A DNA stretch of 64,000 nt from Bacteroidales bacterium (GCA_018400295.1 JAGYMZ010000002.1:3106-67105); one strand, 5' to 3'. Shown: positions 19,811 through 30,785, counted from the stretch's first letter. The notes: generated by a model not told the origin, from the sequence alone. Numbers and translations are program-made.

Positions 19811-20836
19811 TCAATTTGATGCCTGAGGCCCGGTGCTTTCCCCCATCACTTTTGCGTATAGATCTGCATATTCCCCGGCTATTTTTTCCGGGCGAAAACG
19901 TTTTACATTTTCCAGGCCCTTTTGGATCAGGTCGTCCCTGAATTCTTTGTCCTCAATGATCTTTATGGCGCTTGCCCGGATCCCTTCAATGTCTTCCGGG
20001 TCAACAAGTACGGCTGCATTACCGGCAACCTCGGGCATGGAAGTGCCGTTCCCGGTGATCACGGGTCTTCCGGTACCATTGGCCTCAATTACCGGCAGTC
20101 CGAATCCTTCATATGTGCTTACAAAAGTGACCATGTCTGCTTCCCGGTACCGGAGTATCACCTCCTCATAGGGGATGTTCACGTAATTGGCATAATCGGT
20201 CTGGTGTTCTTTGAGAAGTTCTAGCTGATGCTCCCGTAATTTCCCCAGGATGGTCAGCCGGATGTTCATACCGGCAAAGGCCCGTATGATGTTTTCCAGA
20301 TTTTTATTATGTCCGGTACCGATCTGGAAAACCGTTGGTTTTGCCGTGTTAAATGCTTTTGGCTGGTAGCTTATTTGAGGGGACAGGCAATTGTGAATGA
20401 CGATGACTTTTTCAGGATCTATGCGGATGCATTCGAGCAATGCGCTTTTTGTGCTTTCCGAGATCACCGTTACATATTTTACCCTCCGTGATGGCAGGGT
20501 ATACCAGAAATATTTGATGAGCGCATGCTTAAGGCCGGAGCTCCGGTTCAGCGCCACCAGATCGTGTATGGTCAGTATGGTCTTCTTTTTTTTCAGGGCA
20601 AGGGAAATATAGTGGACATCTCCTGTGATGTGGTTCACTTTGCCCTGATGGAAGGCCGAAAGCACTGTGTTGGCTGCCCTTCTGAAAAGCCCCTTGCTGT
20701 GGTATCTCATGACATAATTCCGGTACGGGAGATGTCCGGGCATGGATCCCTGAATAAACCCGAAAAGCTCCTCTATGCTGTGATTGCCTTCAAAAGGTTT
20801 CCTGAAAAAATATACGATCTTTGGTTGTTTGCTCAT
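19811..20836 (-). CDS. Glycosyltransferase family 4 (GT-B)
   Basis: Track ORF extends to 20998 but overlaps the upstream gene. Internal ATG at 20836 (MSKQPKIVYFF..) gives 341 aa. STYEGFGLPVIEANGTGRPVITG. Confidence 0.8.
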   Translation of the reverse strand: MSKQPKIVYFFRKPFEGNHSIEELFGFIQGSMPGHLPYRNYVMRYHSKGLFRRAANTVLSAFHQGKVNHITGDVHYISLALKKKKTILTIHDLVALNRSSGLKHALIKYFWYTLPSRRVKYVTVISESTKSALLECIRIDPEKVIVIHNCLSPQISYQPKAFNTAKPTVFQIGTGHNKNLENIIRAFAGMNIRLTILGKLREHQLELLKEHQTDYANYVNIPYEEVILRYREADMVTFVSTYEGFGLPVIEANGTGRPVITGNGTSMPEVAGNAAVLVDPEDIEGIRASAIKIIEDKEFRDDLIQKGLENVKRFRPEKIAGEYADLYAKVMGESTGPQASN

Positions 20837-20859
20837 TGAAGCATATTTTATTGCAATTT

Positions 20860-22254
20860 TTACATGTTCACTTTCAGTATCCGGCGGGAAAACCAAAAGA
20901 CCAGCCAGATCATGATGGCCGATTTCACCAGGTGGTTGATGACAATGGCAAAATCGGTTTCGGCTTTGATCACCTGGAAGAACAACAAAGGTACCCACAG
21001 AATGAGTGTAGGGTTCTTATTCGATAAATGTACCACGGCAATCAATACCAGATTGTATACCAGTCCCAGTAGCAACATGAACACCATACCTCCCCATATA
21101 CCATAGTTTCCGTAAGCTTCTCCTATGATACTGATATTCATGGATGTACCACCACGCAATTGCAGCCCGGTGAACCGTTCAAAATTATCCTGTCCCCCTG
21201 CTGTTGCCTTGCCGGGGGCCAGGAACCGGGGCAGGATGGATGCGTAAAATGCCTGTTTGATGGTTTCTCCCTTTGCGAAGGATTGTTTTTCCGGTATGTG
21301 TTCCATTACCCGCGAGATGATCCACCCCTGGTTTAACCGGGCGCCGGCATTGCTCACGACCTCGGGTTCAAAGAGTTTTGCGGGATTTATAAGACGGTCC
21401 AGGAGGATTTCCTGGAAAATTTCCGTATTGCTTTTATTGCTCACGGAATACCAGGTCTTTTCCCTGTATTCCTGTTTAATGGATTGAATGAGAAGCAATG
21501 CCAGTAACCCGGCTGTAAAGAGGAGGATCTTGATCCCGTGGCCCAATTCTAATATGACGGCCAATATCAGGAAGGTGAAGAGGTACCATATGATGAGTTC
21601 ATGAAACATACCCAGGGCAATGGAATTCAGTGTCATTGCTCCGAGAACCCCCGCAAATACGATCCATTTGTTTACGGTTCTGTCGGCAAACAATATGATG
21701 AATAATCCTGCAAATTGCATATTGCTCAGCAGGAAGAACAAGAAAGCCAGACTTCCCGGTACAAACCTGGCCAGGAAGGAAAAGGCTATTCCGGCCCCGA
21801 TGAGTATGTATCCCAGGGACTTTCTGTCTTGTACAAATTCTTCAAGCGTGTTCAGCGCTTTCTGCCCGATCGTGTTCCTTCGCGAAAGGGGCAGGTACAT
21901 AGCGGCCACAAATGCCAGGCATCCCGGTACAACATAGTTCATATATGTTTTTTCGGGCACCGACATAAAATAAAGTTCATGTTCGGGCAACAGGTGGTAA
22001 GCCATGACCGGCCCGATGATCCATTGAAGCGTTGCAATGAAAGCGATGACATCCCGGATCCCGATGTGGTGCCCGATGTCGCGTATAAATTTTATGGTAA
22101 CCGCAACGAAAAGGGCCACTCCTGCGCAGGAAAGAAAGTAGAGGCCTGAAAAAACCTCCAATACAAGGTAGGTGATGACCGCCACCCCGGATAAGACGAT
22201 ATTTTTTTCAGATACATACATTAGGCGCGAAGGCAATTTACTTTGATCATCCAT
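20860..22254 (-). CDS. O-antigen polymerase/ligase-like polytopic membrane protein (Wzy/WaaL-type)
   Basis: 464 aa; at least 10 hydrophobic segments with one large hydrophilic loop (..EYREKTWYSVSNKSNTEIFQEILLDRL..); sits inside the glycosyltransferase block. Wzy versus WaaL cannot be decided by eye. Confidence 0.55.
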   Translation of the reverse strand: MDDQSKLPSRLMYVSEKNIVLSGVAVITYLVLEVFSGLYFLSCAGVALFVAVTIKFIRDIGHHIGIRDVIAFIATLQWIIGPVMAYHLLPEHELYFMSVPEKTYMNYVVPGCLAFVAAMYLPLSRRNTIGQKALNTLEEFVQDRKSLGYILIGAGIAFSFLARFVPGSLAFLFFLLSNMQFAGLFIILFADRTVNKWIVFAGVLGAMTLNSIALGMFHELIIWYLFTFLILAVILELGHGIKILLFTAGLLALLLIQSIKQEYREKTWYSVSNKSNTEIFQEILLDRLINPAKLFEPEVVSNAGARLNQGWIISRVMEHIPEKQSFAKGETIKQAFYASILPRFLAPGKATAGGQDNFERFTGLQLRGGTSMNISIIGEAYGNYGIWGGMVFMLLLGLVYNLVLIAVVHLSNKNPTLILWVPLLFFQVIKAETDFAIVINHLVKSAIMIWLVFWFSRRILKVNM

Positions 22255-22260
22255 TCATTT

Positions 22261-23439
22261 TCAGCGTTTAACAACCTTTTCCAACCCCCTTTCGACGGCT
22301 TTCACGACATGCTCATAGCTCCAGTCCAGGATGAGTTCCCGGGAACGCTTTCCCATTTTCCCGCTCAGCCGGCTGTTCTCTGCAAATTTCTTCAGGATTT
22401 CCGTCAGCGCTTCCTGGTTGCCCGACCGGAAGGTATACCCGTTTTCCCCATCAATGATCAGATCAGGGGAGCAACCGACTTTATCACTGGCAATGACTGC
22501 CCTTTCGCACGACATGGCCTCGTTGATCACCAGGCCCCATGTTTCCCCCGGCCCTTTGGATGGCAGGCAAACAACATCGGAAGTGTAATACAGGACCGGC
22601 ATTTCCGATTGATTCCTGAAATCCATAAAATGTATATTGGAATGGCCTTTTGCTTTTTTCTTCAATGCTTTTTCCAACATTCCGTTTCCGGTGAAAAGAA
22701 ATTCCAGATTGGCTAAATCTTTATCCAGAGCGGCCCTTAGCAATATCATAGGGTCTTTTTTAGGGATCATTTTTCCCACGAAGGCGACCAGCGTTTTTTC
22801 ACCCGGAATGTCCATGGACTGCCTCCATTCTTTTGCTTTCTCCCTGTATTTACCGGTTTTGTCAAAAAACCTGTTGTTATCAATGGCATGGGGGGCGAAA
22901 ATAAGCTGTTGAGGCCTTAGCCCGTGTTTCAGGAAGTAATCCCTGTTGTTGGTGCCTACATAGAATGCGTGGTCAATATGCTGATAAACCCATCGCAGCC
23001 AAATCCTTCTCAAAACTTGTTTTAACCCGGTTTTGTCATCGATCAGTGTGGAGTCACCACGGAAAAACACCGGTATTTTCCCTTTAAAATGCCGCATGCT
23101 TTTCAAATGGCTTTTAAAATTCCAGCCATAAACGAGGAGGGCATCCGCGCCCCAGTTCTTGATCCGTTGGTTCAGGTCCGGGTTTTGGATCCCCCGGAAA
23201 TGATGGGTGCCGGGATCCGGGGATGTGTTTTCCACAAATTCATAATCGTATCCGTCCAGCAGGGGGATATCCCATTGAATGCGCTGTTTAAAATCCTTGT
23301 CGGCGACTTCTTTCCGGCTCTGGCTCCAGGTGTAAAATACCCTGGGTGTAACGCTGCCTGATTCCGCCAGCAGCTTGAACAGCGGGGCATTATACTGGAT
23401 GGGGTGTGTTGAGACGATGGCTAATTTCATTTTTCCCAT
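22261..23439 (-). CDS. Glycosyltransferase family 4 (GT-B)
   Basis: 392 aa; PSKGPGETWGLVINEAMSCERAVIASD. Confidence 0.8.
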   Translation of the reverse strand: MGKMKLAIVSTHPIQYNAPLFKLLAESGSVTPRVFYTWSQSRKEVADKDFKQRIQWDIPLLDGYDYEFVENTSPDPGTHHFRGIQNPDLNQRIKNWGADALLVYGWNFKSHLKSMRHFKGKIPVFFRGDSTLIDDKTGLKQVLRRIWLRWVYQHIDHAFYVGTNNRDYFLKHGLRPQQLIFAPHAIDNNRFFDKTGKYREKAKEWRQSMDIPGEKTLVAFVGKMIPKKDPMILLRAALDKDLANLEFLFTGNGMLEKALKKKAKGHSNIHFMDFRNQSEMPVLYYTSDVVCLPSKGPGETWGLVINEAMSCERAVIASDKVGCSPDLIIDGENGYTFRSGNQEALTEILKKFAENSRLSGKMGKRSRELILDWSYEHVVKAVERGLEKVVKR

Positions 23440-24728
23440 GAACCAATGATTAGATTAAAAAATTCAACTTGCTTGCGTGTCATTTCCCTGGCGGAATAGG
23501 GTTCAAATTCCTTCCAGTCCGTATCAGGCACAAAAGGGAGTTTTGCAAGCATGGAAGCCAGCTCTGTATACGTTTGGTTGCTGGCATTTTCCGGATCCGT
23601 ATTTTTGCCGAAGGTGATGCATTTCCCGGCCCTGGTGCGTTCAAGAATATCCACCACCGTACTGTTTTCATCAAATATAGCGATAAGCGGCCGTTTGGAT
23701 AAAATATACGGATATAATTTCGAGGCCGTATACTGGGCATCCGTTGAGCCCGGGACGAAAACCATGCCGGCATCTTTTAATGTTTTCATGGCCTGAAAAT
23801 AGGGCAGACGGTCGGTGATCTCGACAACATGATCCCCGATCCCTTCTTCCTGTGCGAGGGGTTCTATGGTTTTTTTACCCTTTCCATCGCGTGCATAGCT
23901 GGTACCGATGAAAAACATCCGGATCTTACCGAACAATGCCGGTTGTTCCTCAAGACCTTTTTTTACTGCCCGGAACATGGTTTTCAGGGCAAACCGCATA
24001 TCGTGGCCGCCGCGCCCGATGTAAACAATATTGGTATGGCCGTTTTCCGGATCAAAAAGCGGGTTTTCCAAAGCCGTGTGTTCGAGGATGTCGAAATCGG
24101 CCGGTGCTCCCCCAAAGGGAATAACGGTGCACATATCCGGAGAAATGTTGGGATATCGTTCCATCAGGGTTTTGGGATAACCCGGGGAGACAGAGAGGAT
24201 GCCATCTGCTTTTTTCATGGTGCAGGCTTCCAGTATTTTATCCATGGTGTAGGCGATCCTGAATTTGGGTGGCCTCTGGTCTTTCGGAACACTCAGGTAA
24301 TAATCGTTGCGCCACGGATCCTGCATATCGATGATGAAGGGGACCTTATATGTTCGTTTCCACAACGGTCCCAAAGTCATTACCGGGAATGCCGTGGTTG
24401 AAAAATAGACCAGGTCGAAGGGGCTTTTGCGGAAAAGCTCCCTGGCTTTCTTACGGATATTGTTCCAGGAGCGGTATCCAAGGTTGCCCATTCCGAACTT
24501 TCTCGTCCAGCGTGCATCCCAGGCTTTGACACGGTGAATTCCAATGTCTTCCGGGATGGTCCTGAGCAGCATGTCATCCTGGCCCATTTCTACAAAGCGG
24601 GGTTGCACGGCAATTACCGAAGGGTCCCAACCCATTTCCCGGAAGTATGGCAGGGACTGCCTGACCCGGTGCATGTCGGCTGCGTTGACGGGGGGGAAAT
24701 TGGGGGATATGATCAAAATTCTTTTCAT
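23427..24728 (-). CDS. Glycosyltransferase, GT-B fold (family uncertain)
   Basis: 433 aa; ILIISPNFPPVNAADMHRVR N-terminus; two Rossmann-like halves; locus context. Confidence 0.6.
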   Translation of the reverse strand: MKRILIISPNFPPVNAADMHRVRQSLPYFREMGWDPSVIAVQPRFVEMGQDDMLLRTIPEDIGIHRVKAWDARWTRKFGMGNLGYRSWNNIRKKARELFRKSPFDLVYFSTTAFPVMTLGPLWKRTYKVPFIIDMQDPWRNDYYLSVPKDQRPPKFRIAYTMDKILEACTMKKADGILSVSPGYPKTLMERYPNISPDMCTVIPFGGAPADFDILEHTALENPLFDPENGHTNIVYIGRGGHDMRFALKTMFRAVKKGLEEQPALFGKIRMFFIGTSYARDGKGKKTIEPLAQEEGIGDHVVEITDRLPYFQAMKTLKDAGMVFVPGSTDAQYTASKLYPYILSKRPLIAIFDENSTVVDILERTRAGKCITFGKNTDPENASNQTYTELASMLAKLPFVPDTDWKEFEPYSAREMTRKQVEFFNLIIGSWEK

Positions 24729-24810
24729 ACATCCGTTTTAATAACATTCCATGATGCCTTGCATTTTAAATGCGGTTTTACTGCGTTGCTTCGTGCCGGG
24801 CATCTTTTTT

Positions 24811-26049
24811 TTACCGCGTGTCACGCATTACTCCCTGTACCCATTTTACAAGCTTTTTTTCCTGTTCTTCCCAGCAAAATATATTTTCAGCGTATGTCAG
24901 GGACTTTTCTTTTGCTTTTGCCAGCATGGATTTATCTTCAATCAGTTGGTTCAATATTGTGGATAGTTCTTCCGGTGTTGCCCGGTTAAATATAAAGACA
25001 GACTCCGGTGCTTTTCTTGCCACTTCTTTTTGTCCGGATGTATCGGAAGCCACTACAGCTAAGCCGGCCAGGATGTATTGCAATATTTTGTTGGTTATGG
25101 TCAGATCACGGCTGTCGGGTGCGTATTCTTCCAATGCGAGTCCTATATCGTGTTCGGCGATCCGTGAGAGCAGTTCTTTGTGGGGGACCAGGGGATGAAT
25201 GAAAAGTTCATGGCCTTTTTCATGAGGGAAAAGGCCGTGAAGCTGCTTTTCGTAATCAGGCCTGCAATTGCCCCTAAGGTGAAGTTCTACCGGGGTGTAT
25301 ACGTTATCAAGTGCCCGTATCAGGAATTCCAGTCCCCGGCCCGGTCCTGCCGTCTGGGAATACCAGTGAACCGAGACCTTATCCGGGTCTTTTTTATCCA
25401 GGCGCTTGTTATCCAGCCATTCCCGTTCTTTCAGGGGGAAGGCATTGTATAGCACACCGGGGGCTGAAGTACCGGCAAACCGGGCCAACCGGCCGGCCAT
25501 GCTTTCAGAGGTGGTATATACCAGACTGGCATGTGTGAGGGCATATTTTTCATACTTTTCCAGCAATTGCAGGGGGCGGTATTTATTGGCTTCCGGCAAC
25601 AGATCGTGCGAGTACCAGTCCTCCAGGTCAAAAGCCACGCGGTGCCCCTCCTTTAGCAATTTATAACCAATTGCGGTAGCCATTTCCTGGTGGCAGGCAT
25701 ACAGTCCGGCCTGTTCTTTACGGGCTGCTTTCAGGTTTTTCCGGAAGCCGTACCCGAGGGCTTCCGGATCTTCCCAGCCCAGGCGGGCTGTCAATTCAAC
25801 GGCGATCCGCCGGCGGAGCCGGGTAAACAGGTTCCGGAGTTTTGATGTGTGGCCGGGAATGATGTTGCTGACCCCTTTCAGTTCTATTCCGGCTTCGATC
25901 AGGCTCTTGTCCTCCCTGAGTTGTTGCATATCCGAGAAGGTGGTCAGGATCTTAACCGGATAACCTGCCCTGTGCAGCGCATTGGCTTCTTTGACAACCC
26001 TGGGATTGCGGCAGAGGTGACTTTGTGTGAGTATGCAGATCTTTTTCAT
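24811..26049 (-). CDS. Glycosyltransferase, GT-B fold (GT4-like)
   Basis: 412 aa; KICILTQSHLCRNPRVVKEA; C-terminal ITNKILQYILAGLAVVASDTSGQKEV. Confidence 0.65.
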   Translation of the reverse strand: MKKICILTQSHLCRNPRVVKEANALHRAGYPVKILTTFSDMQQLREDKSLIEAGIELKGVSNIIPGHTSKLRNLFTRLRRRIAVELTARLGWEDPEALGYGFRKNLKAARKEQAGLYACHQEMATAIGYKLLKEGHRVAFDLEDWYSHDLLPEANKYRPLQLLEKYEKYALTHASLVYTTSESMAGRLARFAGTSAPGVLYNAFPLKEREWLDNKRLDKKDPDKVSVHWYSQTAGPGRGLEFLIRALDNVYTPVELHLRGNCRPDYEKQLHGLFPHEKGHELFIHPLVPHKELLSRIAEHDIGLALEEYAPDSRDLTITNKILQYILAGLAVVASDTSGQKEVARKAPESVFIFNRATPEELSTILNQLIEDKSMLAKAKEKSLTYAENIFCWEEQEKKLVKWVQGVMRDTR

Positions 26050-27062
26050 GTTGACGGGTATGTTTTCTCACGGTGAATCCACTTTTTATGATGGTGATAA
26101 CTGATGAATTTTGCCGTTTTCCATCCCATTAGTTTTTTTATCAGTTCAATTTCTTTTCCTCCGAGGACCGGTATGCGGGGTTTTTGTCCCTGTGCTTTCA
26201 TTTTTTTCAGGACCTTGCTTGTCAGTTCCGGATATTGGGGCCAGGCATTAACGGCCAGGTCCATAAGTTGTGTGGCGATGGCCCTTCTGACGCTGGCATC
26301 GTCCCGTTTTTCAAGCAGGTAGCCGGTTTTCTTTTCCAGGGAGCGGAGGGCACTTTCCAGGTTTTTCTTTTTAAACGATTGCCCTGCCACATTTTTACCA
26401 TAAAAATATTTGCGGTAGTAATTGATTCCTCCGGTGCTCACCAATCCGTTGGATGCCAGCACGGCCCTTGCAAAATATTCGCCGTCCTGATCCAGCAGCA
26501 AGCTTTCGTCCCAGGGTCCGATCGTACGTATTATTTCTTTGGGCGTGAGCCAGGCGCTGGTCTGGACCATGGAGGTTTTCCCCTCTCCTCCCCACAGGCG
26601 GGTAAGGAAGCCGGCCGGGTCACCGGTGGTATGGATAAAAAAGGATTCATCCGGGAGAGGCTTTTTGTACGGATCTTCACCGTCGAAGAAATGCACGGTG
26701 GTGCATACGGCCATTTTACCGGGATTTTGTTGCAGGGCGTTTACCTGTTTTTCGATCTTATCGTGGCCCAGAAGGTCGTCAGCATCGAGAAACTGATAAT
26801 AATCCCCGGTGCTTAAGCGCAGGCCATGGTTCCTGGCGGAGCAGGCACCCTTGTTTTTTTGCCTGATCACCCTTAGCCTGGGATCCGTATCATATAGCTT
26901 TGCGGTTTCGAAAGTATCGTCTGAAGACCCATCATCGACAACAATGATCTCCAGTTTTTGATGTGTTTGCTCCAGGCATGTTCGAATGCAACCTCCGATG
27001 TGATCGCGGCAATTATAGGCCGGGATTATAACAGATACAAGCTGCCTGGATTTGTCTGACAT
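26046..27062 (-). CDS. Glycosyltransferase family 2
   Basis: 338 aa; VSVIIPAYNCRDHIGGCIRTCLEQTHQKLEIIVVDDGSSDDT; LDADD. Confidence 0.85.
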   Translation of the reverse strand: MSDKSRQLVSVIIPAYNCRDHIGGCIRTCLEQTHQKLEIIVVDDGSSDDTFETAKLYDTDPRLRVIRQKNKGACSARNHGLRLSTGDYYQFLDADDLLGHDKIEKQVNALQQNPGKMAVCTTVHFFDGEDPYKKPLPDESFFIHTTGDPAGFLTRLWGGEGKTSMVQTSAWLTPKEIIRTIGPWDESLLLDQDGEYFARAVLASNGLVSTGGINYYRKYFYGKNVAGQSFKKKNLESALRSLEKKTGYLLEKRDDASVRRAIATQLMDLAVNAWPQYPELTSKVLKKMKAQGQKPRIPVLGGKEIELIKKLMGWKTAKFISYHHHKKWIHREKTYPST

Positions 27063-27074
27063 GGAATAAAGGTT

Positions 27075-27725
27075 TTAAATGTTCAAATACTTTTTACGGT
27101 ATGCCTCGAATTTTTCTTTCCGGATATATCCATGGTATGGTTTTTTATAAGTGATCCGCACAAGCTTTTCCGGGTCAAGTTTCCTGACCACGCGGGCAGG
27201 ATTGCCTGCAATGATGTAATTTCCTTCCGGAAAGGATTTTGTAACCACAGCGCCGGCCCCGACCACAGTGAAATCTCCAAGCGTAACACCGGGCAGGATC
27301 ATGCTGTTCATACCGATCCAGCAATAATCCCCTATGCGTGTTTCACTGGCGAATTGTTTCATATGGTTATAGATCTCATGGCCGCCGCTCAGGATCCCGC
27401 AATTCTGGCCGATGAACGTATAATTCCCAATATACAATTTCCCGGAACCCTGGATATAACATCCGGGTATGAACCCCGGATTGGTCCCGATCCCTACCAG
27501 GATATTATGAGCGCCGAGGATACGGCTTGTAAAATGTGTTGGCCAGTAGGCTTCCCGGTTATAACCCAGCACCTTTTGTTTGTACCAGCGGTTGAAGGAA
27601 ATCCGGTCGTTGGCTTCCTGGGTGTCACGGATGAAACGGAAATATGGCAGGCGCGTGATCAACCATATGAAGATACGCAGCGGATTGGCGAAAACGTGTT
27701 TTATTTTTTCCGTGGTGATGTTCAT
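27075..27725 (-). CDS. Hexapeptide-repeat acyl/acetyltransferase
   Basis: 216 aa; IGDYCWIGMNSMILPGVTLGDFTVVGAGAVVTKSF..IAGNPARVV. Confidence 0.8.
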   Translation of the reverse strand: MNITTEKIKHVFANPLRIFIWLITRLPYFRFIRDTQEANDRISFNRWYKQKVLGYNREAYWPTHFTSRILGAHNILVGIGTNPGFIPGCYIQGSGKLYIGNYTFIGQNCGILSGGHEIYNHMKQFASETRIGDYCWIGMNSMILPGVTLGDFTVVGAGAVVTKSFPEGNYIIAGNPARVVRKLDPEKLVRITYKKPYHGYIRKEKFEAYRKKYLNI

Positions 27726-27781
27726 GTATCGTTATTCTTTGATGGTTACAATGCATCAGAATGACCGGCTATGCCAGGGCT

Positions 27782-28669
27782 TTAATGTTTCCCTGTCACC
27801 CTTTTTATTATTTCCGGGAAACCCATTCCGGATTCCCGTTGCAGCAATCTGGCTGTTTTGACGGAATGATTTTTCCCGACACCCAGGATGTACCTTGCCT
27901 GGTTCCATTTTACTTTTTTCAGCGCTTTTTCTTTATCCTTCGGATTGAGGGGACAATCCGGATGCAGAAGCATTTCCTCGGAGCATTTCAGGTATTTGAA
28001 AGGAACGGTAAAATCCGTACGGTTATGCTGCATTTCCTGTTCTTCATGCACCCGGTACCAGACGAGCCCCCCCACCCCCAAGACAACAGGATGTTTCCGG
28101 GATAGCACATGCCACAACTCATAATCACCGATGAACCTTTTTCCTGAGAACCCTCCGGAATCGTCAAACACCTGTTTTTTGACCATGGCTGACAATGGGG
28201 CTTTATGGAAAAGCTGCTGCTCAAAATAATGGCGTTGGTATGCTTTTTCCGGAGAGAGCATGAAAGGATATATTCTATCCCCGTCCTGTGGGAGGGAAAA
28301 AAGTCCGTACCCAGCATCCGGAAATTGTTCCATCATGGAAACCATGACCTGGAGTCCGTGGGGATAGATCATATCATCAGCATCGACATATTTCAGGTAT
28401 TTACCACGGGCCAGACTTGCGGCTTTCATCCGGTTGGGGTAATCCCCCAGGTTTTCTTCATTAATATGCAATTCTATGCGGGGGTCTTTTTTCTGATAGT
28501 TCCTGATGATCTCCACGGAATGGTCTTGGGACCGGTCATCAACCACGATCAGTTCCATGTTATCATAGGTTGATGACAATATGCTCTCTATGGCTTCTGC
28601 AATATATTTTTCCCTGTTATACACGGTCGTCAGTACGCTGACCAGTGGATGGTCCATGTTTTTATTCAT
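27782..28669 (-). CDS. Glycosyltransferase family 2
   Basis: 295 aa; VSVLTTVYNREKYIAEAIESILSSTYDNMELIVVDDRSQDHS; VDADD. Confidence 0.85.
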   Translation of the reverse strand: MNKNMDHPLVSVLTTVYNREKYIAEAIESILSSTYDNMELIVVDDRSQDHSVEIIRNYQKKDPRIELHINEENLGDYPNRMKAASLARGKYLKYVDADDMIYPHGLQVMVSMMEQFPDAGYGLFSLPQDGDRIYPFMLSPEKAYQRHYFEQQLFHKAPLSAMVKKQVFDDSGGFSGKRFIGDYELWHVLSRKHPVVLGVGGLVWYRVHEEQEMQHNRTDFTVPFKYLKCSEEMLLHPDCPLNPKDKEKALKKVKWNQARYILGVGKNHSVKTARLLQRESGMGFPEIIKRVTGKH

Positions 28670-29663
28670 TTTTGTCGGTTTTTATGCTGTTTTGAACTCC
28701 CTGGGGCGGGAGCCCTACTTTCTTTTTCAGGGTTTTCTCTATGCCCGGCATACCCCTGAATTTACTGATCAGATAAAACATATTGGTAGCATAACAGCGG
28801 GCAAGTTGAATGTTTAAATTATATTTCCACCAGTACCATTTCTCATGCGCACTCAGTTTTTTTCTGAAGATCCTGTAGGTCATAACACCAAGTTGCCGGA
28901 CCAGATATCCCGAATAGTAAATGTAGTTATAGAATTTGTATGTTTGATAATGAATAATGAATGTTCTGCGGAAGTAGAATGTAAAGTCTTGGTGATGATA
29001 ATGATACACCCTTGCAGAATAATCATAAACAAGGGCATATCCCTTAGATAACGCTTCCCTTGCCCATAAGGTATCTTCTCCGAATGAAATATGGAAAAAC
29101 GGGACCTTTTCCAGGACTTCCTTACGGTACATGGCTATGACATCATCCCAGCGGCAGAACGTATGCTGTTCTTTTCCGGGTAGTTTTTTGAACGTTTCAG
29201 GATCTTCAAAACGGTATTTGATGATGTCGGGATCCCCCTGGGGGTTAAACCATTGCAGGGGATTTTTGTCCCTGTCATGCCCAACGATCTGCTGGCCGCA
29301 TACGCCTGCCACTTTCGGGTCGTCAAAGTGCCTGATCATTTTTTCCAGGCATTGGTTGTCAGAGAAGGCGGCGTCCTGAACGGTCATGACCACAAATTCA
29401 CCCTTTGCCAGTGTGACCCCCAGATTACGTGTGCTTCCATGATTGAATTTCTCCGGGGGGATCTGGTGTATCCGTGCCCCATATTCCCGGGCTATCTCCA
29501 GGGTCCCGTCTTCAGAGCCTGAATCGATGACGATCACCTCGGTCTGGCCGGCCAGGGTCTGGGAATGGATGCCCTCCAGGCAGGACCGGATAACCGGCAT
29601 GCCGTTTTTGGCCGGAATGACGATGGAGATCCGTGGCATATTAGGTGTCGATGATGTCCTCAT
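28662..29663 (-). CDS. Glycosyltransferase family 2
   Basis: 333 aa; ISIVIPAKNGMPVIRSCLEGIHSQT..EVIVIDSGSEDGT. The alternative start MPRISIV at 29639 would remove the overlap with the upstream gene. Confidence 0.8.
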   Translation of the reverse strand: MRTSSTPNMPRISIVIPAKNGMPVIRSCLEGIHSQTLAGQTEVIVIDSGSEDGTLEIAREYGARIHQIPPEKFNHGSTRNLGVTLAKGEFVVMTVQDAAFSDNQCLEKMIRHFDDPKVAGVCGQQIVGHDRDKNPLQWFNPQGDPDIIKYRFEDPETFKKLPGKEQHTFCRWDDVIAMYRKEVLEKVPFFHISFGEDTLWAREALSKGYALVYDYSARVYHYHHQDFTFYFRRTFIIHYQTYKFYNYIYYSGYLVRQLGVMTYRIFRKKLSAHEKWYWWKYNLNIQLARCYATNMFYLISKFRGMPGIEKTLKKKVGLPPQGVQNSIKTDKNE

Positions 29664-30762
29664 ACATTGTCTTTACTCTGATTTCCCAGGTGCTATTCCT
29701 GATGAACGCATCATGTTTTCCGGGTTTAACATCGTTTTTCAGGATCTTTTCAATTTCCGATCCCAGTTCTTTTTCATTCCTCACCAGGTTCAGCAATCCG
29801 TCGAAATCTTTTTTCAGATGCGGGTGGTATTCCCATGATACTACCGGTATTCCTGCTGCGAGGTATTCATATATTTTCATGCTGTCCACATCCAGCCAGG
29901 GTTCGTTTTTATACAGGTTCAATGCGACGTCGAACGACAGGATGGTGGACGGGACATCGTCCGGCTTCAGGGGCCCCAAAAAATGACAATTGGGATGGAC
30001 GGGGAAATGAACGGGCAGCTTATTTTTAAAAGAAGCCCCATAAATAAGGAAGGTCCAGTCGGGATGATTTCTTATCAGGAAACCCAGTGCTTCATAATTG
30101 ATCCATTTGGAGATGGTGCCTATATAGCCGATGATGGGCCGTTTAAAGGGCAGTTTGGCCGCAGGGATATTTTTAAAACGTTGCGGGTCAATACCGTTCC
30201 TCATATAATACGTATTTCTGAATCCCTGGTCACGGTACCATTGCAGCATACTGCGGGCGCTGGAGATGACGTATTCGCAATGCTTTCCTGCTTCGACCAA
30301 GGTGTTTTTCTGGAATTTTTTTCGTTGCGGATCCAGGTTGGGATCATCGATAATATTATGGTCGGCATCGAAAAACCACCGTCCTTTCAGATTGAGTTCC
30401 CGGGCCTGGAGAAATCCTTTGGGCCAGTAGATCCAGAGGATGTTTTGACTGGAATTGAACTTTTTGGCTCCTTGCAGGAATAGCAGTATCCGGTTAAAGA
30501 TCCTGTTTAATTGACGAAAGAAATGCCCTGTCAGTTGTATTGGGAAAAGATTGGTGACGTATACATCCCTTATTCCTGGTTCATGCCTGCGGGTGAAAAA
30601 TTTTTTGAATGCCTGTTTTCGCGGGACTTTCCTGAAGTTGAGCACTTCATCGAAACATCCTGATTCCCTGAATGTTTTTAGCAGCCATGTATTACGTCTG
30701 CGGAAGCCCTCTTTCTCAAGGTCTTTCCATGGCATATCCGCACCGAAATACAACAATTTCAT
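29641..30762 (-). CDS. Glycosyltransferase, GT-B fold (family uncertain)
   Basis: 373 aa; C-terminal half IGYIGTISKWINYE.. and KIYEYLAAGIPVVSWEY resemble the GT1/GT4 nucleotide-sugar-binding half. Confidence 0.55.
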   Translation of the reverse strand: MKLLYFGADMPWKDLEKEGFRRRNTWLLKTFRESGCFDEVLNFRKVPRKQAFKKFFTRRHEPGIRDVYVTNLFPIQLTGHFFRQLNRIFNRILLFLQGAKKFNSSQNILWIYWPKGFLQARELNLKGRWFFDADHNIIDDPNLDPQRKKFQKNTLVEAGKHCEYVISSARSMLQWYRDQGFRNTYYMRNGIDPQRFKNIPAAKLPFKRPIIGYIGTISKWINYEALGFLIRNHPDWTFLIYGASFKNKLPVHFPVHPNCHFLGPLKPDDVPSTILSFDVALNLYKNEPWLDVDSMKIYEYLAAGIPVVSWEYHPHLKKDFDGLLNLVRNEKELGSEIEKILKNDVKPGKHDAFIRNSTWEIRVKTMYEDIIDT

Positions 30763-30785
30763 GACTGGCTGAATGTATTGAATGA